Source: Camelus ferus
Taxonomy: Eukaryota
Assembly: GCF_009834535.1 (NCBI RefSeq)
Contig: NC_045697.1
Coordinates: 88,476,001-88,540,000, forward strand
DNA length: 64,000 nt
Direction of reading: 5' to 3'
This document shows positions 38,411 through 52,517 of the stretch, piece by piece (position 1 is the stretch's first letter; every line of letters starts with the position of its first letter). A model generated the notes under the pieces. The model was not told the origin of the DNA. It saw only the letters and a list, made by a program, of their open reading frames with translations, and did not search any database. The translations under genes were made by a program, and so were the position numbers.

Positions 38411-38648
38411 TCATAGATGGTGATTTTACTAGAAATGAAGGCAAGAAAAGTGACTTTGTGGGATAACTATATACTAATTCAAATTATGTTAGTCTTTATT
38501 ATTTCACTTATCAAAATATTTCAGACCTGACAACAGAACACACAGACATGCACAATAATAATTGATTTTAGACTACTCAATACTTTGTCAATTTTCAATC
38601 ATATAAAAAACACACCTCTGCACATATTTTAAAAATTTGTTGTTACAC

Positions 38649-38651
<3 letters not shown>

Positions 38652-38687
<36 letters not shown>
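38652..38687 (+). repeat. (CA)n microsatellite
   Basis: About 18 perfect AC units. Confidence 0.97.
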
Positions 38688-38689
<2 letters not shown>

Positions 38690-39049
38690 TGTGTGCACCT
38701 ACATTTCTGTTCTTGTCCTGGGCCCTGAAAATATTAGAGAACAGTCTGTCTCTATTAGACAGGGTCGTTTCAGAATAAAGAGCAAAGTTTGTATCAGTAA
38801 GGAGAGGAATGATGCAGGGAAAATGGAAAATTGAAGGAGATAATCTTTGTTGAGTAGCTAATATGTACCGAGGCCTATTCCATGTAATTTAATTTTTATA
38901 AATGTCTGAGATGGGTGGAGTGGATGAGCTTCAGAGATGAGGAAATTAGGTAATTCTTCAAGTTCATTTTGCTAGTCATGAAAAAGCCAGAATTCAGAGC
39001 AAGCTCAGTCTAGGCTGGATCTAATTACAGTGCTGTTTCTAAACTTAGA

Positions 39050-39165
39050 TAAAAAGAATCTGGAAAAAAAAGTATGTATATGTATATCTGAATCCCTTTG
39101 CTGTACAAATGAAGCTAACATTGTAAATCAACTACACTTTGATAAAAAATAAGAATTAAAAAGAA
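39050..39165 (+). mobile_element. Short L1 3' terminus
   Basis: 'ctgaatccctttgctgtacaaatgaagctaacattgtaaatcaactacactttgataaaaaa', similar to 47997-48056. Confidence 0.8.
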
Positions 39166-41362
39166 AGTAAATGAAACATGTTACAGTAGAAGACAGACCA
39201 CAGTGGGCACAGAAACGACTGATTATGGAAAATCAGTAAAAATAAAAAAGCTTGACAGAAAAAAAGAGAAGAAAGAATGTTTTGGAGTTTTAGAAATACA
39301 AAATTTCTAAATTCTAGTGAGAAACAAAACATTTAATAAATATTAAAAACTATCTGCAAACTCTCTCCACATTCTAGGCCTATCGTAGTTGAGTGTGATG
39401 AAAAGAGATGGAATATTCAAGAAATAGTGCTGAATATTTAGTTTCTTTCTATACTTAGGAAAATAAATTGAAGATGACTTAAATTCATATAGCAGACATT
39501 TAAAAACACAAAAATGAAGACCTTGAAGAATATTTTTCATAATTTTGAGGTAGAATTTTTGAGCTATGATACCAAGTCAGGAATCATAAAGGCAACACTA
39601 AAATACTAGAGGAACTTCTTTTAAAATGTTGGACACACTGGTGAAAAACAAGGATTCAGATCATTCATATTAAAAAATCTGACACATTAATATAGCTCCT
39701 GCTCAGAAAGTAAACAAATGACACCGATGGGAAATTTACACAGTCAGGAATACAAATGTTACCCACCCAGTGGGAAAGGAGTATATTCTCTCTCTGTCTT
39801 GCTTTTTGCACTTCGTCTTTCTTAGGATATTATTGTAGTCCTTATTGTGGAGATATTATTCAAAAGTTAGGTCACATTTGTTAGAATGTTTATATTTAGC
39901 TGCTTATTAAATCTTTAATTTATCCATAGTGTGGCATTTGTTCAAAGAAACTCATCTTTGAAGGTGATTATAAAGCTCTGATCCAAGGATCACAACCAGG
40001 ACTTTTTCTAGGGATAAACCTAAGAGTAGATGGATAGTGCCGACTTCCTGATCACTGGGCTGAATCAGATGATCAGTGCCTGGGTCTGTTTTGATGTCCC
40101 CCATAACAAGGACGGGAGGGAGCGTCTCTGATTGGCATGCTGTGCAGAGGCTTCAGTCTGGCTCTTGGGAAAGCACGGTAACCCCCAGAGCATCGATAAG
40201 GTTTAATGTGTATCCCCTTGCAAGGTAATTTATTTGTCTTTCAATAAGCAATAAAGGATTAAGCCAGCTAATGAGGAACTACTCTGTAATGCTTGGACTT
40301 CATGCAGCTAAAACCAGTGGGTTAGGCTTGCAGGAGGGCTGGGGGCCTTTCACAGTCTCTAAACTGGTCAATGGAAACACGGACTTCCCAGGGCCACACG
40401 AGTAAGTAGGTGGCAACGTTGACGCTTTCTTAGATTGGCTGTTCTATAAGAGGGGACAGTAAGCACATGTACCAGTTTATTTTTCTATCATTCAGCCATT
40501 GCTAATTCTTCTTTCTCCTCTGAATACTAACCCCCCACCACCACTTTATACCCACATCTCCTTTTGGAGAGGGCAAGTCATGCCAAGAAGTGCCCTATAA
40601 AAGAGCTTAATTCCCTGTTGATACTCCCAAATTGGTTATTTTAGATAGACAAATTATAAGAAAAATCTTACATGTCCTAACCAATATCTGTTTGATAAAC
40701 AGAGGTGAGCAAAAAATAGCACTCAATAGTGTATATAAATAAAAAATTGTAAAACCTTTGAAATAACAAAAAAATTAAATAAGCTGAAGATAGTTTGACC
40801 TGGGGTAAAAAGCACATCATTTTCCTAAATAAACTCCTCAGTGAAGATCTTTGGTGCTCTCACCAAGGCACATGGACACAAGGGCTTGATATTTCTACAT
40901 TGTTTTCAGACAATACCCTTCTAATAACTCAGTTCAGCTGGAACTTTACCACCTACAAAGCACTTAGGAAATCAGTATCAGTGTCTTAGAACAAAGCTCC
41001 CCTTCACAGAGCATTTATTGTACTTTTCAGTGATTCTCTTGCTGCAAACCTAGTTCAGGGTAACTAAACTAGTAGCTACTTGGCCAGACATGGTATGTGA
41101 TTATTAAGTAGGATGCTCTTAAACAGAACAGACCATTTAGAGTAGGACCAGATTGATTTGGTCTTCACTGTTTGTATCACCTTTGCAAACTTGGGTCTAC
41201 AATTAAAATATAAGTATAGGGGACGTTCATTAGACATTGGACAATTTTTAAATATAATTTTTATTTTATTTTATTAGGGAAAAGACATTTCTACCTTTCA
41301 CAGAAATGTGAAACAAAAATATAGAAAAACAAAATTTACAATTTATATAAAATATATAAGTG

Positions 41363-41695
41363 CAATTGATCCTTGAACAATTTTGGGAGGATGGTTGGGG
41401 GCACCCACACCCTCTACTCAGTCAAAAATCCACATACTGCTGTCTCTGCCTCAAAAATGAAAGAACTGACTAATGACTCACCTAAGGATAAGAAGGTGTA
41501 CCAGTCTGAATAGAATTGAGACTCAAACCCTAGTTCTTTTGATTCCACATATTGTGATCTCTAATGCAACACAAATTTCCCCAAACTTAATCTAAAGATC
41601 TGTAAAATGAAAAGCTAGGTACTGTATTTATTGAAAAAAGTCCCCATATAAGTGGACCCATGCAGTTCAAACCTGTGTTGTTCAAGGGGTAACTG
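41363..41695. mobile_element. Tigger2-derived non-autonomous DNA transposon
   Basis: TIRs caattgatccttgaacaa ... ttgttcaaggggtaactg; subterminal 'ataagtggacccatgcagttcaaacctgtg'. Confidence 0.85.
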
Positions 41696-44600
41696 TGTAT
41701 ATTTTTATATAAATAGAAATATATGTGTATACCCGTACATATAACACCATAAGAGCATTCACGTTAAAGGTTGGCCACTAAGCTGCACATACGCGTGATG
41801 CAATAACTGCCCTTTGCATTTTGCTACTGATAAGGAATAAATACAGTTCATATGGTATGGTAGACAGCATTTCCTACTGAGTCGAGACCTCAATTCAAGT
41901 AGGCACAGAGAATCTTCCATGTTCTCATCTCTAAAAGTGGTTCAAATAGAATTCTTTGATTTCAGAGGCCCCTGGGCTCTAATACGCTGCAATACATTTT
42001 ATAATCTGGCATTTGTATGACTCCATAACTAAATAAAAATGAATCCAATTTAAGCATTTCTGAATAATTATTATACTTGTGGTGAGTGAAAAGCATATTT
42101 TTATTAGCTTTGGAATAATATTTAGGGAGTAAAAAACAATTTTTAAAGTAGAAGAAAATGTCTTCTGAAAATAGAACCTGTGCTCAAGCAAAATTATGAG
42201 GACCTAATGATTATAAACTACATGATAAGTGTTTAATGAAAAGAGAAAGTAGAAATCCACCAAATGATTGAGTTGCGGTAACAGGCTTCCGAAAGGTTAA
42301 TTTGTCATCTTCATATTCTTTTTGTTATACCACTATAATTTTTATTCTAAATGAAAAAGACAAAGGATAACAGTGCTTGGAAAGAGGTAAATACCATAGT
42401 TTACTCTGATGTATTTGTGATTAGTCAGCCAAATATCATGGTAAAAGCCATTCAGTTTGGAACGTTGTTCTTCATTGTTATTTTAAAAAAGAGAAATCTT
42501 GTTGTATTTGTTAATGTAGATCTATCAGTGCTTATTTTACCCACCAAGAATTTTGACAGACTTATAAAAACTGATGACGGGTGCCTGATGGAGGCCTGAC
42601 CACTTTGAGGGTAAAGGCTGAACTCACATGACCCCAGGCCCTCTGCCTGCCAAGGGGGCTGAATTCTAGAAATTTTTTTGCATTTGTGCAGGCTGCCTGA
42701 GCTCCTGTCCCAGGGACTGTGGTCTCCTCCTTCTTAGTCTAGAGTATCTGTGGATATTGTACAAGGGAGAGAGACATTTGGGAACAGTTAGTGAGAATGC
42801 ACTGTATTTAATTGGTTTATACAGCAACAATGTATCTTTGGAAGATAATGTCTAGTGATCTCTTGAATATGTTGACCAAGATGTCATCAATTACAGAGAA
42901 AATGAAAAAATGTAAACTTTATATTGCAACTTTCTGGCTACTATAGCAATCTTTGTGCCAGTTGTATGATATTTACAATTTGAGACCTGAAAAATAGCAA
43001 GACTTCAGCTGAAGCCTCTACGTTTTGCCCAGTGTTTCCTCAGAATTACTAATTGGTCCAGGGTTGGCATGTCAGCAGAGTTCTCATGAAACTTAACTAA
43101 GCCTGGCTAAAAACTTGGCATTGGTCCTTGGAAAAAAATCATCTTGAGTTTGCTTAAAGTTCTGTGAACCTCAGGAAACCTCTCAGTGACCCTTCCTACA
43201 GTGTGGTGGTTTCTAGTGATATCTGAAACCAAGAATGTTTTGTGAAGGATTTGGGTTTCATTTGGAAAGCTATATCTAATCCTAGGTACCGCCTGATGAA
43301 TTAAAAGTCTGGTCCTCCTTGGATCCTCATACAGGCAGTGCTATGTGTAAACTTCAGGACTTTTACTACCGAGCAAAATAGCACCTCTCAATTAGTCATT
43401 TAAAAATGCCTTCTTGGATTTTTTAAGTGCTCTTTCTGTGTATATTTATTCTATCATGATTGTCATCTAAAATATAGGCATACACTGAATATCTCATTTG
43501 AAACTGTAGCACAATTTCTGTTCAGTAATTATTATAACAGTATTATAGTAATAACAATGCTATTGATACTATTACACATTCTAAAAATATTTCACGTATT
43601 TTGTAGACCAAAACAATCCCAAGAATAACAAGTTTTGACTATGTGGAGTCGGGGAAAGTAACTACCTCCCGAATCATCACTAACCAGATGGTCCTCCAGG
43701 AGCGGAGTGGGGCACCGGTGGGGGTAGCTTTCTCCCTTTCCTTGTAACTGTCACAAGGACACACACAGGTCCGCATATACACACTTTTCTACAGCATATG
43801 GGAATTAGACCCACGAAATGGGGGAAATGACTCAGTAGGCATGAGCATTTCATAAAAAATATTTCCAATAGATATTAGTAAAATAACAACTACAGCTGAT
43901 TTTCAAGGAAAATATGCATTATTAAAAAATAGCTAAGAGACACGAATCAGAAATATCCTATTTTTGTTCCATCTTCAGTGGCTTTTTTGGCTTTTAGTGA
44001 GCAAGAAAGTGAATTTTTGACTTTCTTGTTTTAAGGATTTGCTCACAGTTATTTTTGGTTTTGTTTTTGCTTTTTTTAAACTGTTTTTATACCCCCAAAT
44101 TCTTAGATAAAATACCTGAAACGTTTTGACATTCTTTATGCTTCTAAGTCTTTTTAGATATCATTATGTTAGGACCTGTTTCTATTTTAGGAATCAGTAG
44201 AAACAATTTAGGAAAAGTAATCTATATGAGGATGGTTAAGAAAATATGTATGTATATATATTTATTTCCATTGTTCTGAACCACTATGCAACCATTGAGA
44301 GAAAAATGTTTGTGTTGATACTGACTGTTTCTGATGTCCAAAGAATTAAAGACAAAGTTCTACTAGGACCAAAAAAAGCAAATGAAATCCTTGTGAGAGA
44401 GAGCCTTCCAACCTTGTTGTATAGGCAATAATGCTTTCATTTCTACTGATTTTTTGATCCCATACAGCCATGTTCAGTTCACTGTTTAATTTTTTTTATT
44501 TGAAATGTTTAACAATAAACTTTAAACAGATTTATCAATTGATACCTTATGAGATATGCTCTATATTTACAAAGAGTACAAACCACTTGGATGAAATATC

Positions 44601-46249
44601 TGTGGACCAGACTTAACAGGGCACATCGTCCAACTTTACAAGCTTGAGTTAGATTTTCTTTTTTGACCCATGAGACTTTAAGGCAAGTAGAACATCAACA
44701 TCACAAGTCATAGAGGTGCTTCTGACAGATGTGACTCTGCTACGGTCTGTATGAGATAGTCTTTTTATCATCATTGGCAGTGGAAGGGAAAAATGTGTCT
44801 CCTGTAAGTTTTTTTTTAAGAAAAAAGATCCTTCTCCCTTTCAGTTATAATGCAGTTGTTAACAAAGGCCAACACATAGTCAAGTAAAAAAGGAATCCAG
44901 TCCATGACTTTTGGACCATGTTGTACTCCAGTAGGTGCTGGAAGTAGGCTAAGCCATGTCATCACCAGTGATCTTAAGCTCCAGCTGCCTTTATGGCTAT
45001 AGATCTTTCTAAATCACCTCAAATCTCTACTCATGGATTTCAGATCTTCAATAAGCAGTTAGTTTCCTGGGGAGCTTGTCATATACTCTATCTTGGTAAA
45101 TCTCAGTCATTTTTGGTTTTACTTCTCGCTGATTTGTTGTCAAGGCAAATGCTTTGTCCTTCCACACAGAGGCCATCGGTCTGCCTATCTCACTGCCATT
45201 GATTTCTGATTCCTGCAACACTACAACCTCCTGATAGAAACACGCATATGAATTAGTAGTTTTATCCTTTTGCACAGAGCATTTGTGTAATTCTCACAAC
45301 ATACATTTCCATACAATCTGGTCATTAACTGGTTGTGTGGGTCAATATATATATGTCTCACAAAGTTGCTTTTCTTTATTCAATGAAACATATTTTATTT
45401 ATAAGCTGTCTACTCATAGCTATATGCTTTTGTAGAGTGTGGATAATTGATACAATTTATAATACAATGATATGTAATCACTATAGTGACATAGTGCTAA
45501 AATATATAGTGCTATATTATAATAGAGTTATTTCTGAAGACACAATTTTGTTATAGAATGTTAGGTCATTTGTGAGAATGAAAGTTTGCTTTTTAAGGAA
45601 AGCATGAGATGATGATATATGATGAGATATTGTGTAGAAAATAAACAAGCCCTTTTAGCTTGTTTTTGATGATAAAGATGACTTTACTCAACAAAGAATA
45701 GATGAGGCTTGTCAAAATGTCAATGTCAATGACATTATCATTACCTCTTTCTACAGTTGCTAGCAAAGGTGATTTCATTTCAGAAAAAAAGATAATATGA
45801 GAAAGCCCTGTTCTGCCAGTACACCATCATTGAACTATCAAAGAATTTTTTTTCCATTTCTCAGCTAAATTCACTTCTTAACACTGTCATTTTTTTTTTC
45901 TCCTTGGGGTGTACAGAATCAGAAGCACGTTGATGGAGAGAATCAAGATCATCAGGAATGTAACATCTAGAGATAATTTTCCTCAAGGCAGGGTATTCAC
46001 GTATTCAGGATGCCAGGTCATACCAAAGGCAGGGCTTACAAGGGACAGCATTCAAAGAAGCTTGGTATTGGGAGGATTTGCCTACTGCAGTCTATGCATT
46101 TATGGTCAGTTTTGGAGCAAGTTTCTTACCTACACTTCTTGGCATCTGGAAGATTTGACGAGGAGTAATTTAAGGATTCTGCTTCTTTTCATTGTGTTTC
46201 TTCATGGCCCAGAGGATTTTGTGATATAAGGTTAGGCAAAATATCATTT

Positions 46250-46650
46250 ATTAGGTACATCTAAAAGGCAGGCAAATTTTAGGAAGTTTTTCATGCATTT
46301 TCTTATTTAATTTACAAAGCAAGCTCTTGAGATAGACAGTATCGTTGTTATTATCCCCTTTTAGAAATGAAGAAACTAATGCATCTGGAGTTTAAGAAGA
46401 TAAGATTTGTAAGTTCCAGAACAAGGATTGTATCTTAAGTTTTTATTTCACACAAACATAGCATAAAGGAGTGTGAACTCTAGAGCTAAACCTTTGGATT
46501 AAAAATCAAGGTCTCTTGTTTATTAATTTTGTCTCACTAGGGGTAAATTAACTTTTCTGTGTCACAGTGTCCTCAAATGGAAATAACAATTTAACACATT
46601 TAAAAGACTTGGGGCTTAACACATAGGAAACACTTAATACATATTAATTA
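46250..46650. mobile_element. Two MIR fragments in opposite orientation
   Basis: 'ttatccccttttagaaatgaagaaact' (minus) and 'aacttttctgtgtcacagtgtcctcaaatggaaataa' (plus). Confidence 0.55.
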
Positions 46651-47793
46651 TAAAGCTAAACTTTCTTCAAAGAATTTTATTATGCATTAATTTAGTATGA
46701 TCATAGAAATTATATATATAAATACAAGTATTCAGACTTTTATATTTGAAATAAGTTTTTCAAGAAGGACTTTATCTCCTAGACCCAATATATGTCTACC
46801 TTTTTATGCTGAATATAAAAGGAATGCTGTGTTCCTTTCTGATAGTATGAAATGCCACATTTCCATACAACATGCAAATGCTTTATTTTAAAAGATCAAA
46901 TCTAAAGGTGCTGTCTAGCTTGATTTATATGAGCTTAATCAGGACTGTTTTGTCATACCAGCTAAATTGCTTTAAGGAGGCTCTCTCTCTGGGAAGCTAC
47001 ATAATCATCTTGGCATTGTATGTCTGTTACAGAGGGCCTCACTTATGCTCACATAGCAGGGTGCTTCCTTCACTGGAACTGAACTCTTTTCAGCTCCTCC
47101 TCTGTGAATAGGGCAGGATCTTGGTGGAAAGGAAGGGAAAAGAGAGACCAGACATTGTCATGGCACAAGTAGTACCGCAACAATGCATTAACAGGTGCAC
47201 CAAGGTGCACGCATGCATAAAGTTCAAGAGCGTCTGCTCACATAACTCACAGTTAGTTATCCATGGGCAGCTTCCCAAAGCATTCTGCCTACACCAGTGG
47301 TTAAGGCTGTAGTGATGGAATAACCACAAGTAATAAATACTGCATGGAATTTAGCAGAAATTGCAACCTCCACCTCCCAACTCTTTTTGTATCCAACATT
47401 CTAAGAAATAGTACCTTTTACAGCTGAGCAAAGGAGTCTGAGAGTAGTAAGAGACTTATGAGTGCATCTGTACCATATTAGTCGTGGTGGAATCATTGAT
47501 CCAGGAGCACAATGCTTTCCATTATAAACTATGCCTCTGAGCAAAATTAAAATTTAAAATGCTTTTGGATTACTAGCCAATGAGCCAATAATTCAGTGCT
47601 TAGGGATGATCCGTATTATATAGCAAAGACCATTCAAGGAAGATTTCGTTGGACTACCAGTTCATGAGCTGACACTGAACATGAAGAGGCTAATATGGAC
47701 AGACATGATAAAGGACAAAGGTAATGATGAATGGGCTTTTTGTTCTTTGACAGTTGATGTGAGTTAGGAGATCAAAGTTAAAGTGCATTAGCA

Positions 47794-48131
47794 ACATAAA
47801 TTATGGTTACCAAACGGGAAAGGGCAGGGAGGGATAAATTAAGGGTTGGGGATTAACAGACACACATTACTATATATTAGGTAGGTAAACAACAAGGACC
47901 TACTGTAGAGCACAGGGAACTATATTCAATTTCTTGTAATAACATATAATGGAAAAAATCTGAAAAGAAAGTATATAGGTATGCATATATATATATCTGA
48001 ATCACTTTGCTGTACACCTGAAACTAATGTTGTAAATCAACTATACTTCAATAAAAGTTTTTTAAAAATCTGAAAAAAATGGGTTGAATTAAATATGATC
48101 AATTGGGAAAATAAAAATAGCTAAATATTAG
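47794..48131 (+). mobile_element. 5'-truncated L1 3' UTR with probable 3' transduction
   Basis: L1 3' UTR motifs ('aacaacaaggacctactgtagagcacagggaactatattcaa'). TSD aaagtgcattagca (47780-47793) / aaaatacattagca (48132-48145). Confidence 0.8.
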
Positions 48132-49688
48132 AAAATACATTAGCAGTAATTTGGAAACAAAAATGAGCATGTCAGAAAGCGTTCTGGCCACTTGGGTGGT
48201 TAGAGTTGGAAATGCACACTGGTGAGTCGCTGAAGGAAGTCAGATAGAAGAGGTGGGGCCCACTTTGCTTATTTCTTGAGTCTCCTATTTTCTGGTGCTC
48301 CAACTGGTTTTTAGAGGGAGGCATAAGGAAATACTGGTCGAATGGATACGCAGCGCCTCAACCTTGTAACCTGGATAAGTAGTAGATGTGTCTTTAAAAC
48401 TTAGCTTGATTTTATTCTTCTGTGTTTAAATCTAAAAGCAATAGTTTGAGGGTTTGTGTAAAGTTTGCCAAATGTTACGGGCAAAATAAACAACTAGAAA
48501 ACCACCCATACAACCAGGGAGCATGTTTCCAAATAACAAGGAAATAGCAATGGGAGATTAGGAAAGTGAATGGAAAGGACTATAATGATTTATTAAAAAC
48601 CTTATGACCCAACATGGTTGATGGAGAAAGGAAAACATTTTCATATGATGCTACCTCCACTCAAGACTTTGTGGCAGTTGGAGCAGCTCCCTTTTTCCCC
48701 TCTCTCTAGTCCGTCTTCCTCTTTCCAACACACGAAATAAAATGAAAGCACATACAGAGCAAGAGAAAAACCCGAGGGGAGAATGTCCACTCTGGAAGCC
48801 AGACAGGCACGGTTGCTGCAGCGGCACACGTTTCACAGCTCGGTGCTGAGTCTGCAGCTGCCAAGTGTATCTCAAGGGTGACTATAAACACTCTTGAACC
48901 GAGTGGAGTAAGGGATCCAGGAGGTTGCCAGAGAGTCTGTGCACCGACTGCCAGCAGGGGATGGGGACACGCCAGAATCTGATTGAATTACACTCATGTG
49001 ACACTTCCTACTGTAATCACACTCTCCTTTTGCAGAGGCTGGGCCGGGACTGGAAGAGCAACCATTGCGAGTCAATGTCATGAGAGAAGAGGACAGTCAG
49101 ATCGGAGCCCAGCTCGGCAGGTAGGAGAGCCGGGAGGGCTTATGCTGCTCCCATGCGGGTTCAACTGAAAGGCCTGCCTTGGCTACCAGAAGGGAGAAAG
49201 ACAAATGTTTTTGCAGAAGTATGCTGTGTGTTTAATACTGATTAGGTTTTAATGAGGTGTAGCAGGAATAAAATGCTTTGGAAAATAAAGGTTTTGAGAA
49301 ATCTCACTGAGCAGGACGCACATAAACACATAAAGCAACACAGGGAGAGAATGCCATTAAATATATGAATGAAAGATCTCAAGTTCCAAATGTTTTCATG
49401 TAATCATCTTTCAAATGTTTTTAGTATGCATGCTGTCCTTTCGATTCTTCTTCTTTCTCTCCAATCCCCACCTTCCACTACATTTAGCTGTAGATTTCTG
49501 ATACTGGGAGTGACATCATTAAGCCAAAACCGTCCCTGGGCAAAGGTGTACACCCCCGGGGGCTTAGCAGTATTAGAAAAGGACCAGCTCTAGGATGTAT
49601 TTATTAGAGGCGATTTAGAAAGATCTATAACCATAATGGCAGCTGGAGCGTAAGATCACTGGTGATGACTTGAATTATTTCTCTCAGG

Positions 49689-50162
49689 GATCTTGCCTTT
49701 GGTGTTGTATCTAAAAACTCGTTACTATACCCAAAGTCATCTAGGATTTCTCAAATGTCACCTTCTAGTTTTATCATTTTGCATTTTACATTTAGGGCTA
49801 AGATTCATCTTGAGTTAATTTTTGTGAAGAGTGGAAGTTCTGTGTCTAGATTCATTTTTTTGCAGGTGGATGTCCAATTTTTTCAACACTATTTGTTGAA
49901 AAGACTATCTTTGCTCCATTGTATTTCCTTTAGTCTTTTGTCAGATTAGTTGAGTATATTTATGTGGGTCTATTTCTGGGCTCTCTATTCTGTTCCATTG
50001 ATCTATTTGTTTATTCTTTTTCCAATACCATTTTGTCTTAATTATAGTTAGTCTTGAGGCTGGGTCGTGTCAGTCTGCCAACTTTGTTCTTCCCTTTCAA
50101 TGTTTTATTGGCTATTCTGGCTCTTTTACTCTCCATGTAAACTTGAGAATCAGTTTGTCACT
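49689..50162 (-). mobile_element. L1M (L1MA/MB) ORF2 3' fragment
   Basis: 'gcctttggtgttgtatctaaaaa...tttgttgaaaagactatc...tctattctgttccattgatctat' is antisense L1 ORF2. Confidence 0.85.
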
Positions 50163-50939
50163 GTCCATTGTTTTGTTGTTTTTGATGCTTTCAGTCATAG
50201 TGACTTGTATCCTTGTGTGCTTTGTGATTTTTTTCTTTTAGGTTATATTATTTAGAAATTAATGTGTAAGAACTCTTTGAGGTCTCTATTTAAAGTGTTC
50301 CTCTATAGAGGGTATCTATATGCTTCTGCCATGCATTAGAGAGTAATAACAGATATGCTGTCCTTTCTGGCTTCAAAGTATTTCCATCACTCATCTGTTT
50401 GGTTTTCTTTTCTTGTATATAATTTAATTTTAGACCCACCATAATTCTTTGCCATGAGAATTTTTCTGAATATGTAGTCTGCCATATTGATAGAGATAGA
50501 AACCAGGAAAGAAGAATGAACTATTCTGATTAGTGAATTTGGGAAAGGAGCTAGTCATTCAAACCCCACCACTTCTGGCCCCTGATTCGGGATTCCTGGA
50601 GAGAGTGTGATGTTAATATTCTCTCTGGGAGATGGGGAGTTTAGTCAGTGTGGCTCTACTCAGTGTTTGTCCACATCCATCTGTGACAGGGATGTGGAGG
50701 GATTTTGATGGTCTTGTTTCGTTCTGTTTCTGATCTAAAAGAAATAGAAGCAAGTATTTTTGTCAAAAGTGAAGTCATTTTCCCTAATTGTCCTTATGAG
50801 TTATCAAGGTGACGATTTATTCCTGCCTTACTGATTCTATATCCAGCTCTCAGTAGGTTCATGAGAGAAAAAAGAGGTGATTAACTTTAGCCATTTCCTT
50901 CTTAAATCCTATTTTTTTTTAACATTGATAATAGGTAAA

Positions 50940-51400
50940 TTTTGGTTAACAGTTTTTCAATCTGTCTGTCTTATTCCTATTTTTAAAATCTCAGCCTCAT
51001 AACTTTCAGGTTTGTTTTTGTAAACATCATATTTCTGAATGTAAAAAAATGTCATTTGTGTCTCTAACTTGTGTCTTTTAATTTTTATGATTAATCCATT
51101 CACATATGTTGAGATTACTGATATTTGGACTTATTTTTATCATCTTATTTTGGGTTATTTACTTACTGTGACTTTCCTTAGTCCACTCTTTTACATGAGT
51201 TTAAAAATTTTATTGGTAATTTTAATGATTATGTGTTTTTTTTATTTTCTAAGTTTATGCTTGGTTCTTCTATTCTATTCCTTTCTTCCATCTCTTTTGC
51301 CTTCTAGTGTTCTTCAGATTTCTCTGTACCTTTCAGTTGTTGTTTATGCTGACTTCCTTGTGTTTTAATCTCAGTGGTTATGATTTTTTGAGTGTTACCT
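50940..51400 (-). mobile_element. Degenerate L1M relic
   Basis: T-rich antisense L1-like sequence 'taatccattcacatatgttgagattactgatatttggactta'. Confidence 0.5.
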
Positions 51401-51535
51401 AAGCAGAGACTGTTTCCTGTGCCTCCAAGCTAGGACTCTTGGGTTTCCCAAAAGGCTGGTTTGTTAAGTTTGACTCTGTTCCAGATCAACTTTTGTATTA
51501 ACTTCTCACTGCAATATTCCTGCTGGATAAGGGTA

Positions 51536-52015
51536 GTATATCAGTTATCTCTGCTCCATCAGAAATCACCTCAAAACCTAGTGACTTAAAATAACAGCAA
51601 CCATGAATGTATTACACAGTCCCATAGGTTGGTAAAGTGGGCAGAGCTCAGTTGTGTGGTTTTTCTGCTGATCTCAGGTGGACTCATTCCCACGTCTGTG
51701 GTCAGAATCCATGTCAACTGGACTCTGATTGTTTGGGGAGGTGGTTAAGCTGAGTTGGATGAACTCTGCCGGTTATGGTCTCTCATTCTTGCTGGCTAGA
51801 CTGACTTCTTCAACAGAGTAATCACTCCGTGAAAAGAGACAGCAGTTCTCAAAGGATAAGCGGTCTTTCAGTCCCTACGTGAGCATGGTAACTATTGTTT
51901 TATTATTCAAAGTAAGTTATCCATCCAAGCCTAACTTCAAGGGATGGGGAAATATACTCTACCTCTTGGTAGAAAGAGCTGCAAAGTATTGTGGTCATTT
52001 GTACCTTGTACCGTA
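51536..52015 (-). mobile_element. MLT1 (F/G/H-type) LTR
   Basis: 'cctcaaaacctagtgacttaaaataacagc...ctctacctcttggtagaaagagctgcaaagtattgtgg'. Confidence 0.8.
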
Positions 52016-52170
52016 GGTTATGTGAATTTGGCCTCAGAAGAACGAAGGCTTGAAGTTCTAATTTCTTGAAGATGTCTTGAAGATTCTGATTCTCTTCCTA
52101 TTGATTTAGGGGTAAAGCCAATTTCTGATAGTATTCATCTCCATTTAGTTGTGACTCCAGAGACAATTTC

Positions 52171-52517
52171 CATTATAGACTTAATTGCGTCCCCATCCCA
52201 CATTTGTATGTGAAGCCCTAACCCCCAATATGATGGTCTTTAGAGTGGGGCTTTTGGAAAGTCATTAAGGTCAGATGATGTCATGATGGGATTAATGACC
52301 TTTTAAGAAGAGATATTAGAGAGCTTGCACTAAGGAAAGCTCACATGACAGTAAGATGACACCACCTACAAGACAGAAAGAGCTCTCTCCAGAACCAGCC
52401 ATGACTGGCAACCGCGATCTCAGACGTTCATCCTCCTGAACTCTGAGGAAAATACTTTTTTTGTTAAGCCACTCTGTCTACTATATTTTGTTATGGAAGC
52501 CTGAGTTGACCAATACA
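52171..52517 (+). mobile_element. MLT1A/B LTR
   Basis: 'tgaagccctaacccccaatatgatgg...ttttgttatggaagcctgagttgaccaataca'; near-match 5-bp TSD atttc/acttc. Confidence 0.85.
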
